Source: a virus (Duplodnaviria > Caudoviricetes). Taken from it: a DNA stretch of 53,517 nt. Each line of letters starts with the position of its first letter. The stretch's first letter is position 1. The translations under genes were made by a program, and so were the position numbers. Of this stretch, positions 15,831-24,600 are shown in pieces. The stretch covers positions 1 through 53,517 of IMG/VR virus record IMGVR_UViG_3300036845_000533; one strand, 5' to 3'. The notes under the pieces are model-generated. The model was given only the letters and a program-made list of their open reading frames with translations, was not told where the DNA came from and did no database searches.

Positions 15831-16520
15831 TTATTTGTGATGCGTAACTTCCGGAGGGGGAGCCGGAAGCGGAACCCAGACCCAAAGCCAGCCACTAATC
15901 TGCGGAAAGTAGGCCAGCGCCCAAAAACCCATGTCCGTGCCACCCGGCTCGTCGGGCGGTTTGTTGATGGGGTTCTCGACCGAACCGGTCTCCCCGCCGG
16001 GAGGCGGTCCCGGAGGCACCGGCCAGACGTTCGGCGGGATGGGATGCTCGACGTGCGGCGGCGGCAGGATCACCCCGCCCGCTGGCGGATTCGGCCACAC
16101 GCTGGGAGGAATGGGATGCGAGACGGAAGGCGGCGGCCCGCCGGGCGCTATGGGGTGCGTGGGGAAGCCGGGACCCTGCGACGGCCCAGGCGGATAGTAG
16201 ATCGGATGCGTGGGCACCCCAGGGCTGGGCCAGATACCGACGCCAGGAGGATTGGGCCACACGTTCGGCGGAATGGGGTGCGACGGATACGCCGGGGGCC
16301 CGCCCGGCGCTATCGGATGGGCGGGGTATCCCGGTCCAGGCCATACACCAGGCGGCGGCCCTCCCGGCGCAATAGGGTGCGCCGGATAGCCGGGTGATGG
16401 CCAGACACCGGGCGGGAAGTAAATCGGGTGCGTGGGTGCGCCCACACTTCCCGGCGGAATCTCAATGGGATGTGCAGGCTGCGTCGCGGGGACCAGCCAG
16501 ACAAGCATAGGTGATGTCAT
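15831..16520 (-). CDS. Proline-rich repeat protein
   Basis: AAGGAG RBS, ATGA overlap; 9 HPI and 6 (V/I)WP motifs. Confidence 0.75.
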   Translation of the reverse strand: MTSPMLVWLVPATQPAHPIEIPPGSVGAPTHPIYFPPGVWPSPGYPAHPIAPGGPPPGVWPGPGYPAHPIAPGGPPAYPSHPIPPNVWPNPPGVGIWPSPGVPTHPIYYPPGPSQGPGFPTHPIAPGGPPPSVSHPIPPSVWPNPPAGGVILPPPHVEHPIPPNVWPVPPGPPPGGETGSVENPINKPPDEPGGTDMGFWALAYFPQISGWLWVWVPLPAPPPEVTHHK

Positions 16521-16753
16521 TCGTTTATTGCTCCTTTTTGGTTGTTACTAAAGTAAGCGACCTTACTCTCCTGCAGTGTGCTACTGCTTTGTGTCAGGTT
16601 CATTTCGGCCAGCCGGATTACGGCGTTGAAAATCTTCTGCGTCCGCGCCTTCATGCGGTCGTCGCGGGCAGTGTCGGCGGCCAGCGTCGCATACGCGATG
16701 GCGACCACTAATTCGGTGTAATCGTTGCCATCCAGCTTCAGGGTGACGGTCAT
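16517..16753 (-). CDS. Hypothetical protein
   Basis: Start MTVTLK with ATGA overlap. Confidence 0.55.
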   Translation of the reverse strand: MTVTLKLDGNDYTELVVAIAYATLAADTARDDRMKARTQKIFNAVIRLAEMNLTQSSSTLQESKVAYFSNNQKGAINE

Positions 16754-16905
16754 ACGTCCGGCTTCGCCACGGTGAGAAAATCTTCGATGGTTCCCTGGAT
16801 CTCGGCCGCCAATTGATGAACAGCCTGCGGGTCTATCACGCCGGCATCGTCGCAGAAGTATTCGGCCAGCTCGTAGCATTTGGAATCGAATGTCTCAGTG
16901 CCCAC
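16750..16905 (-). CDS. 51-aa hypothetical protein missing from the ORF track
   Basis: MGTETFDSKCYELAEYF...LAAEIQGTIEDFL; fills the gap exactly, with coupled ends. Confidence 0.6.
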   Translation of the reverse strand: MGTETFDSKCYELAEYFCDDAGVIDPQAVHQLAAEIQGTIEDFLTVAKPDV

Positions 16906-16906
16906 G

Positions 16907-17341
16907 TCAGTTCACTCCCTTCGCGCGCCCTTTCTTGCGGGGCTGCGACTCCTCATCCTCTGCGGGGGGCATATCTTCGAACCGGAAAGCCTCCTGCATC
17001 TCTTCCGCAGTCATTGACTCCTCGCGGATCGCGTCGCCCGTGTCCAGCCGGATGATGCTCTTGATCCCGCGCCGCGGCGTGTCCATGGCCGTCCGGCATT
17101 CCGTATCGCGCATTTCGTAACCCTGGTTGATTTTGTCGGTCAGGGAAGCCACCCGGCCATTGGCTTCAGTGATCTGCGAACCTAGTGCGGCAGAGACTTC
17201 CTTCTTCTGTTCACGCAGCGTGAAGACCGTCTGCGCTTCGCGCGCCAGACTTTCGCCCAGAATGCGGATCTCTTCCAATGTGAAGTTATAGCGGACGGCT
17301 TCCACCTGCCGGGGCTTCGGTTCCGGCTTGCTGCTGCTCAT
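16907..17341 (-). CDS. Hypothetical phage protein
   Basis: Coiled coil plus IIRLDTG; ATGA overlap with recT. Confidence 0.7.
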   Translation of the reverse strand: MSSSKPEPKPRQVEAVRYNFTLEEIRILGESLAREAQTVFTLREQKKEVSAALGSQITEANGRVASLTDKINQGYEMRDTECRTAMDTPRRGIKSIIRLDTGDAIREESMTAEEMQEAFRFEDMPPAEDEESQPRKKGRAKGVN

Positions 17342-18438
17342 GGCTTGTCCGGATGTCCTCCAGTCCGTAGAATTTCGACAACGTGTTCATAATCGACGCA
17401 ACGGATGTCGTGGACAGAATCGACGGCATAGTCCTTCTTCAGAAAGGCGAGCAACTCTCTCTCGCGCCAGCCGGATTCTTCGGCGATCTGTTCGAGCCGC
17501 CGCGCCTGTAGGTCCGAAATCAAGATGACGCCGCCGGGCTTCGCCGGATTCTCCGGCGCCGGCTTTCCGCCTTCCTCCCCGGCCCTGGGCTCGACGGTCG
17601 AACCCGGGACTTCATCCATCGGAACGGGATTCAGCTCCTTCGGAAGATCCGTATAGGTCTGCGCCATGCCGGCGTCCGCCTGGTCCGAGAGGCTCATGGC
17701 CACGCGTAACTGATACGACTTCGGCGCCAGCTTCAAAGCCTGAATCAGTGGCGTCTTGCGGTACATCCAGTCTGGCGAATCTTTCCACGGACCCTGCAGA
17801 ATCTTTTGGCCATCGCCGTCAAGAACGAACTTGCCGCGGTCCTTCTTGTAAGCGCCCTGGGAGTATTGATCGCGGTGGGCTTCGATCTCCGAGACCGACA
17901 TGAATTCGAAGTTCCGGCCGCCGTCCTTGAGAACGTACCCGCCCCAATACCCGTAGATCGCCCCGCGATCGACGCGCGGATCCCACCGGTGAAACCAGAA
18001 GGTCTCGCTGCCCTTCTGGAAGTTGAACTCATCGTTGTCATGTACCGGCTGCGCGTCGATCAGATTGTATTCGCCGCTGTTGCGGGCCAGCTTCACAATG
18101 CCTTTGTAGCCGGCCTGCATCTGGCATTCGTAACCGCCAATCTTCGAGTTGTAGTACGGGATCAGAAAGGCTTCCCCGCTCATGCCGTCCGGTTCCAGTC
18201 CCAGAATCGACGCTTGTACCAGAGCGCCGCAGATGGATGTCGCAGAGCATTTGGCGAGCAGCGGCGTGCGGCCAAAGGCGGTTAGCGCAAGACGGATCAT
18301 GCGCTCGGCGCTGATATGTTTCGGCAGCGCCATGGCGATCTGGTCTTTGTACTTTTCCAGCAGATGCCGCAGATCGTTGATGGATGTCTCTGGCGGTCCC
18401 GTTGCCGGGCGTACTTCCTTACTCGTTGTCGTTGCCAT
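17338..18438 (-). CDS. recT: RecT-family single-strand annealing protein
   Basis: IAMALPKHI..ERMIR.AL, LGLEPD, YKG.VKLARNSG, PW...DWM.RKT. Confidence 0.92.
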   Translation of the reverse strand: MATTTSKEVRPATGPPETSINDLRHLLEKYKDQIAMALPKHISAERMIRLALTAFGRTPLLAKCSATSICGALVQASILGLEPDGMSGEAFLIPYYNSKIGGYECQMQAGYKGIVKLARNSGEYNLIDAQPVHDNDEFNFQKGSETFWFHRWDPRVDRGAIYGYWGGYVLKDGGRNFEFMSVSEIEAHRDQYSQGAYKKDRGKFVLDGDGQKILQGPWKDSPDWMYRKTPLIQALKLAPKSYQLRVAMSLSDQADAGMAQTYTDLPKELNPVPMDEVPGSTVEPRAGEEGGKPAPENPAKPGGVILISDLQARRLEQIAEESGWRERELLAFLKKDYAVDSVHDIRCVDYEHVVEILRTGGHPDKP

Positions 18439-18445
18439 GGTTCTC

Positions 18446-19156
18446 CTACCTGGCGCTCCTGGAATTCACGCCTTTCGTCTTGATCATTTTCCAGCCGGGA
18501 ATATTGAACCCCTCGCGCATCGTCCGCGCCATGGCGTCGAGCGCGCTCTGCCGCGGTTCCGCCAGCGAAACCGGAATACGGCCGTCCCCGATCGCCCGGT
18601 AGAATTCGCGCAGGTTGACAGCCTCGGCCCGGTAAATGTCCCGCGCACCTGGCACTACCATCGACGGCCCCAAAGCGGCCGGCGGCAGAGTGAAGGCCGG
18701 CCGCGGCGAATCCAGAATGGCCTGGATCTGCTCCACGGCATCGGGCTCGCCGGCGGCTTCGACGGCGACAATTTCCCGCTCGATGCGCAGAGCCTCGGCT
18801 TCCGCGGCTTCCCGCTCGATCCGCAGCCGCTCGGTGCGTTCGCGGTCCTCGACGATCAGCGCCCACCGTCCCAGTTCATTGCGGAGATGCTGCTTGGCGG
18901 CAGGTAATCCACCCACGGCTTTCTTCTTCGTCGCGATCGCGACTTGATGCGCCCGGTATGCAGCGGAGATCATCGGGTCGAATAGTTCGTCACCCTCGCG
19001 GATCAACGGATTGATAACGTCATTCAGGTAGTGGTCGGCAGCGACGGCATCCGCATCGTTTTGAATGGCGAAGGCCAGGGCCCATGCGCAGGTGGATAAC
19101 GCCCGGGTTTCGATTTTGGATACGTCTGCCTTTTGGTCATCAAGCGTCGCCATCAC
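18446..19156 (-). CDS. Coiled-coil protein of the recombination module
   Basis: E/R/A-rich helix, C-terminal IPG; lies between the nuclease and recT. Confidence 0.65.
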   Translation of the reverse strand: MMATLDDQKADVSKIETRALSTCAWALAFAIQNDADAVAADHYLNDVINPLIREGDELFDPMISAAYRAHQVAIATKKKAVGGLPAAKQHLRNELGRWALIVEDRERTERLRIEREAAEAEALRIEREIVAVEAAGEPDAVEQIQAILDSPRPAFTLPPAALGPSMVVPGARDIYRAEAVNLREFYRAIGDGRIPVSLAEPRQSALDAMARTMREGFNIPGWKMIKTKGVNSRSAR

Positions 19157-19485
19157 ATAGACTCCTGCAGGTGGATCAGGTGGTTAAGAACCATGCGTAA
19201 CTCCTGAAGGTTCAGGGAGTCCAGATAGTCCCGGTCGAGGTGCAGCTTGCCGGTCCCCTCGCACCGGGGGCAGCAATGATCGTCAAAGATCCAGCCGGTT
19301 CCCGCGCACTGGTCGCAGTCCAGCGGAAGAGTACCGGCGATCTCGAGGCATTGAGCGTGAACCGAGAGCAGTTCCACGGCGGCAACGTGAAGCGGATCCG
19401 CGAACACCAGCGGCCCCGCGGACAGCACGGAATAGGCTTCGGCCACGTTCTGTGGTTTGAGCAATACAGCCGCCGGGCTCGTCAT
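19153..19485 (-). CDS. DnaJ-type Zn-finger protein
   Basis: CDQCAGTG, CPRCEGTG. Confidence 0.6.
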   Translation of the reverse strand: MTSPAAVLLKPQNVAEAYSVLSAGPLVFADPLHVAAVELLSVHAQCLEIAGTLPLDCDQCAGTGWIFDDHCCPRCEGTGKLHLDRDYLDSLNLQELRMVLNHLIHLQESM

Positions 19486-20090
19486 GCCGCCCTCCGCGTT
19501 TCTTCGAGAGCACGCACGAAGGTTTCCAGATCCTGCCGCAGCGTTTCGGCCAGAAACCATTCCATCCGGTAGGTCCCGTCGTGATTCAGCTTGACCGCGG
19601 CCCGGTGACGGACGCCCAGGGCATGCGCATAAGCCGCGAGCTGATACCGAACCGCGCTCATGATGCCGGTCTTCCAGTCGAAGACGACCAGTACCTTCTT
19701 GCGCCGCGGAAAGCTGTACCACGCCAGCACATCGGGTGTGCCGCAGAAATCGAATTCCGGGCAGTAGAGCGGCTTCTCAACGCTCTCTGCCAGCGGTTCG
19801 AATCCCGTGTGCCGGATCATCTTATCCAGAGCCAGGACATAGCCGCCGATCTCCGGATCGACGGAAGCCCAATCCAGTTCGCCGCGCAGAAGCAGAGCGG
19901 CGGCCTGATGCACGCGCGTGCCGCGTTCGCCGGCACGCCGCAGGATGTCATCGGGAATGCCGTCGAGATCGATCAGGCCGGCCGCTGAGAGAACCTGCGT
20001 AACGCTCGGAACGAACCGGCCGCCCACTGTATACCGATGGCCCCATGGCTCGAAATGAAGATCTTGCGTCGTCATAAAAAAGACAGTCAT
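19482..20090 (-). CDS. RecB-family PD-(D/E)xK exonuclease
   Basis: PSVTQVL, RGTRVH, GTPD, DWKTG, QLAAY. Confidence 0.85.
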   Translation of the reverse strand: MTVFFMTTQDLHFEPWGHRYTVGGRFVPSVTQVLSAAGLIDLDGIPDDILRRAGERGTRVHQAAALLLRGELDWASVDPEIGGYVLALDKMIRHTGFEPLAESVEKPLYCPEFDFCGTPDVLAWYSFPRRKKVLVVFDWKTGIMSAVRYQLAAYAHALGVRHRAAVKLNHDGTYRMEWFLAETLRQDLETFVRALEETRRAA

Positions 20091-20281
20091 ATCCTTTCCG
20101 CTTCCAGCCGTTCGAGATACCGGCGGGAGCAGTCTGAACACATCCAATAAACGTCCGTTACTTGGATCCCGGGCTTCTCATGGCAGTCGTCGCACTTGAC
20201 GACAAACTGCTGAGATCGCCATATCCGCGCTTTGGTGGCATGCCGCCACCACTCGCGACGCGGATAGACGAAGCGGGTCAC
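20087..20281 (-). CDS. Small Zn-finger protein
   Basis: CDDC...CSDC. Confidence 0.6.
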   Translation of the reverse strand: MTRFVYPRREWWRHATKARIWRSQQFVVKCDDCHEKPGIQVTDVYWMCSDCSRRYLERLEAERI

Positions 20282-20550
20282 CCGACTTTGCTAAATGGCT
20301 GCCGGCCCCTCCTTCGAGCAGCCGGCTTCGGCAGGATCACGGGCGCTGCCGTCGCCTCCTGAACTTCAGGATGGTACTCGCCCCGCATCTGCGGGACCGG
20401 TAAATGGGCCAGGATGAGTTCGTCTAGGACTGCGCCGTAAGGTATGTAGTAACCGGCAGTCTGATGGCGTCTCTCGCATTCGGCCCTCAACAGATCGATA
20501 GCTGCCTTAGACAGGCGAGCCGTGAATTTTGCGAACTGCGATTTGAACAT
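20278..20550 (-). CDS. First early gene, possible ribbon-helix-helix regulator
   Basis: AGGAG RBS; KFTARLS...YGAVLDELI. Confidence 0.55.
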   Translation of the reverse strand: MFKSQFAKFTARLSKAAIDLLRAECERRHQTAGYYIPYGAVLDELILAHLPVPQMRGEYHPEVQEATAAPVILPKPAARRRGRQPFSKVG

Positions 20551-20888
20551 TCAGGACTCCTCTTTCCGGTGTCCATCCCCAGCGAACAATAGAACTATAA
20601 GATGGTTCCGCAACGCCGTCAATGGGGACCCGCGCGTCCGAATAGGCAGTCATTTAAAGCTGTCGATAGCTAGACGATTAGCAGATATACAGCTAAACAT
20701 TTATCATTCGTCAATTCACTTACCGGACGTGTCTTTTCAATAACTTAGAAAACCAAAAATTCCATTAAAATCCACTGTATTTAACGGCACTGCGGGCTAA
20801 AAATATTTTTGACCACCGGCGTTTTTGACGTCGGTTTTAACAGGAGTGTGTTTAAACCGAATATATGGGCAACTAGAACAGACGCCCT
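20551..20888. promoter_or_regulatory. Divergent immunity/control region
   Basis: AT-rich; palindromes aaaaatattttt (20799-20810), 20815-20835 and 20831-20860. Confidence 0.6.
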
Positions 20889-21110
20889 GTGCATTTCGTA
20901 CCCAAAATAGTCGGACAGAACATCCGGCGTATCCGGAAACGCAAGGGCTTCACGCAGGAAACCCTGCGCGAATTGGCGGGCATCCCCAGCCGGACTCATT
21001 TGAGTGAGATTGAGAATGGAAAAGCCGGCTATCCACAGCTCGACACGATCGAGCGGATCGCCGCGGCGCTGAACGTCCGCATGGAAACGCTGCTGAAAGG
21101 TTGCCCGTAA
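20889..21110 (+). CDS. XRE-family HTH regulator 1
   Basis: VGQNIRRIR..KGFTQETL...HLSEIENG...LDTIERIAAALNV. Confidence 0.85.
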   Translation: MHFVPKIVGQNIRRIRKRKGFTQETLRELAGIPSRTHLSEIENGKAGYPQLDTIERIAAALNVRMETLLKGCP

Positions 21111-21334
21111 TGCCGGACCAGGCCAGCGTGTCTGAGATCGTCGCCGGGAATATTCGCCGGATCAGAATCCAGAAAGGAATCACGCAGGATGCGCTGGCAG
21201 AATTAGCGGGATTAAACAGGACGCATATGTACAGGATCGAGAACGCCATTCAATCCCCGACGATGACCACGCTGGAGCGTATCGCCGGCGCCCTGGCCGT
21301 GCGTATGGCGACGCTGCTGCGGGGCTGCCCCTGA
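21110..21334 (+). CDS. XRE-family HTH regulator 2
   Basis: NIRRIR..KGITQDALAELAGLNRTHMYRIEN; TAATG coupling to regulator 1. Confidence 0.88.
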   Translation: MPDQASVSEIVAGNIRRIRIQKGITQDALAELAGLNRTHMYRIENAIQSPTMTTLERIAGALAVRMATLLRGCP

Positions 21335-21335
21335 G

Positions 21336-21623
21336 TTAGATCATCTTGTCGACGACCCGCTCCACGGCATCGTGCAGGGCGGCGTCGGTAATCTCGGCCC
21401 CGTCGGTCTGTACCTGCGCATCCATGACAGTCGGGGATTGGAGTTGGCCCGCAACAGCCTCCGGACTCTGATAGCAGAGCTGCCCCCACTTATAGCGGGA
21501 GTTGTGCCCTGGCGTGGCGGCGTCTTCGACCAGATAGTAGTTCGCGATTTCGAGCGCGGCCACTTTGATGCGGCTGCGGAACTCGGGATCGGTCATGAGC
21601 GCGGCGGATTCGGTGTATGTCAT
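21336..21623 (-). CDS. Hypothetical tail-fibre-associated protein
   Basis: Coupled to the tail fibre gene; last gene of the late operon. Confidence 0.65.
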   Translation of the reverse strand: MTYTESAALMTDPEFRSRIKVAALEIANYYLVEDAATPGHNSRYKWGQLCYQSPEAVAGQLQSPTVMDAQVQTDGAEITDAALHDAVERVVDKMI

Positions 21624-24600
21624 GCTTTCTTTCCTTTGATGATTGCTTCGAGTTCGTTTAGTCGCTTATCTACCTGCTGCAGCGCCAGCACGGCATGAAA
21701 CAAAATCTGGTTCGGATCGTAGCCCAGGATTTCGCTGCTCTCCGCATCGCCCGGACGCAATCTCACGTCGAAAGGATAGACGCTATCGGGCAGGGTCTCT
21801 TTCAATTCCTGTGCTACAACTCCGCTGGCGCGTTGTCCTTCCTTCATCCCGCCCAGGCCGTTCCATTCGAAAGACACCGGTCGCAGCCGGTTGACAATGG
21901 AAAGGCCACCTTCGAGATCCCGGATATTTCTCTTGAGGATCCGGTCTGACGTGTAGGCATACGTGACGTTCGTCTGGCTTCCTCCGTCATTACCACTCAC
22001 GCTCATGTTGATTCCGGCGGCAAAATTGATGGCCGGGCGTGTAGCTGTCGCCACGGAACTCCCATTGAGAAAAACCGTAACGCCAAAGAAGCCGATGGTG
22101 ACCGCCCCGGTGGAACCCGAAAGGCTTAGATTGGTTGATGTGTTGGTGGCGAGAGAACTAATGCCGGTATAGCCCAGAGTAACCGCACCGGTACTTGCCG
22201 ATGCTGTGATCGGAGCGTTCGCCGCAATCGAAGTAACCCCGCCGCCTCCCGTCGAGATCGGGTTGCCGTTCACGCGATAAGTTCCGGTGATATTGAGGTC
22301 ACCACTTACGTCCAATGCATAGGCCGGAGCTTTTGCGATGCCGACGTTGCCAATCGCGAATTGAAACACCGATGCACTAAGTTTCATCGGGGTATTCGCA
22401 GTATTGGCGTCATTCACCGCGCTGATCCCCAGGAATCCGCCGCCGCCGTCCGCAATGAAGAGATTCTCGTTGGTGGTCGTTCGCACCTGGAATGGCACCA
22501 GCGGATTACTCGTGCCAATGCCCACATAGCTGGTAGCAGCGACCCGCATTCGTTCGACCACATCGCCGCTGGTAGTGCGCGTCATGAAGATCAGATCACC
22601 AGCTGGCCCGGTGCTGTTCGTCACCACACACTTGATGGCAGAGGAAATGCCGAAGCTGGAACCAAAAAGGATCTGGCCCCCGTTATTAGCGCCTGCGCCC
22701 GAATCCTGCAGGTAAATCGTTCCGCCCGTGGCGTCTCCGTTGGTGTAGGAAGTCTTGGTAGTGCCCGCGCCGTAGACATGAAGTTGGCTCGCGGGCGTAG
22801 ATGTTCCGATGCCGACATTGCCCGCCGATGTTAGGCGCATGTACTCCGTACTATTTGCGAACATCAGGACGGGAGTATTGGAAAACGTTCCGACTCCGCC
22901 GCCCCCACCTGCGCCTGCTTGAATCCGCATATCAATTCCTGTAGCGGTCGAGCGGATCGCCCCGGCGACATCCAAGGGAACGCCCGGGGTCGCTGTGCCG
23001 ATGCCGACGTTACCGCCTGAAAACTCATGCACGCTGGCGCGGTAGCTAAGCGGAACATAGGCACTATTGGCATCGTTCATTGCCTGAACGATCAATACGG
23101 TTCCATCGGTAGTAACGCACAAATTTTCGTTGGCACCCGTTCTTACTGCCAGCGCACCGCCTGGAGTCGCTGTGCCGATGCCGACGCTGCCGCCAAGCGG
23201 GTTTAAGAGCAGATTATTATAGCCTGTGCCAGCAATACCGGCCTGTATGACACCGACATTATTCGTGGTGCCGAACCCGATCCACAGACTCTTGTTGGTG
23301 TTGCCCGTCGCGGGACTGCCGGTGATGATAAGCTGCGCCGCGCTCATCGTGGTCGTCAAATTACTGGCATCGCCAACAATCGTTGCGACACCATTTACGG
23401 CGGGATCGAGATTCACCGATAAGTGGTTCTGGCCCGATATCGTCGAAAAAAGTCTCCAGCTATTGGTGGCTGCGTTCAGGCCCACGAAACACTGCTCTGC
23501 GGCTGTGGAATTGTCAAGCCAGAACCCGGCCCCCGTTCCCGTCACATAACGCATACGGACGTGGCCAGTCACGTCCAGTGCTTCGGTGGGAGACGACGTG
23601 CCGATGCCGACCAAACCGGCGGCGCTGATCCGCATGCGCTCGGTGATGGTGGCCGCGCCATTATTAGTCTGGAAGACAATGTTGCCGTATCCCACGCCGC
23701 TCGTGAACGTACTCTCCGCGAACATAGCGATCTCGGCGTCAAGTTGACTGTTGGCTCCGTCGTACCCGAAGCCCCTGAGACCCGTCAGCTTGTCCCCGGC
23801 CTGCAATGCGGTGGGGGCGGCGGATGTCCCGCGAGCAACATGGGAAGCCCAATTACAACCCAAACTTGCTTGAGCGCCGGTGTATACAAACTGCGCCACG
23901 ACGGTGTTGGGACCGGTCGGGCCGGTTAACGTCAAATAGCCGTTGTTGTAATCGAACAGCAGGTTGGGCGATGCTCCCATCGCCCCGGCCTTATTGACCT
24001 GGACCTGTTGATCCGCGCCCGCCGCCGTTCCCGCAGCCGCCGTGGCCCACTTCACGCCAAGAACCTGCGTACTGTCGGCGGACAGTACTTGCCCATCAGT
24101 ACCCACCGGCAGCCGTGTGGTGGCGGTTCCATGCACCACGAGATCGCCCTTGGTCGTCATGGGATCTACCATCACATTCGGAACGCCGATCGTAATGTTC
24201 TGTGCGGACTGGCTGATGAGCACGTTACTTCCGCCGAGGAGTGTCACTGCTCCCGTCAAGGCTCCGGGCGAGAGCGAAGTAACGCCCACGAAGGCAGCGG
24301 GCGCGGCCCACTTCATACCTAAATCCTGAGTGGTGTCCACGGTGAGGATCTGCCCCGCAGTGCCGACTGGCATACGAGTGGTCCCCGCCGTTAAGCCATG
24401 CACGATCAGATCGCCCTGTGAGGTGGTGGGGTCGGCCATGCCTGTCGAGCTGTTGATATTCGGGACGGAAATCGCAATCTGCTGGCCGGAAGAGTTGGTG
24501 ATCTGGCTCAGGGAGACATTCGCCCCCGCCGTAAAAATCACCGCCCCACTCAATGCGCCAGGCGAAATCGTGGTCACGACCATAGTCGAAGGCGAAGCCC

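Noticed and set aside
19482-20090. Cas4-like nuclease suggesting CRISPR
   Set aside because: No array or other cas genes are seen and it lacks the four-Cys cluster. Its context with recT indicates recombination.
20865-20891. ATG in frame with XRE gene 1 but interrupted by TAG at 20874 (possible stop recoding)
   Set aside because: TAG ends several clear genes in this genome (for example terL, higA and the HNH gene), so recoding is unlikely. Probably chance or a tiny upstream ORF.
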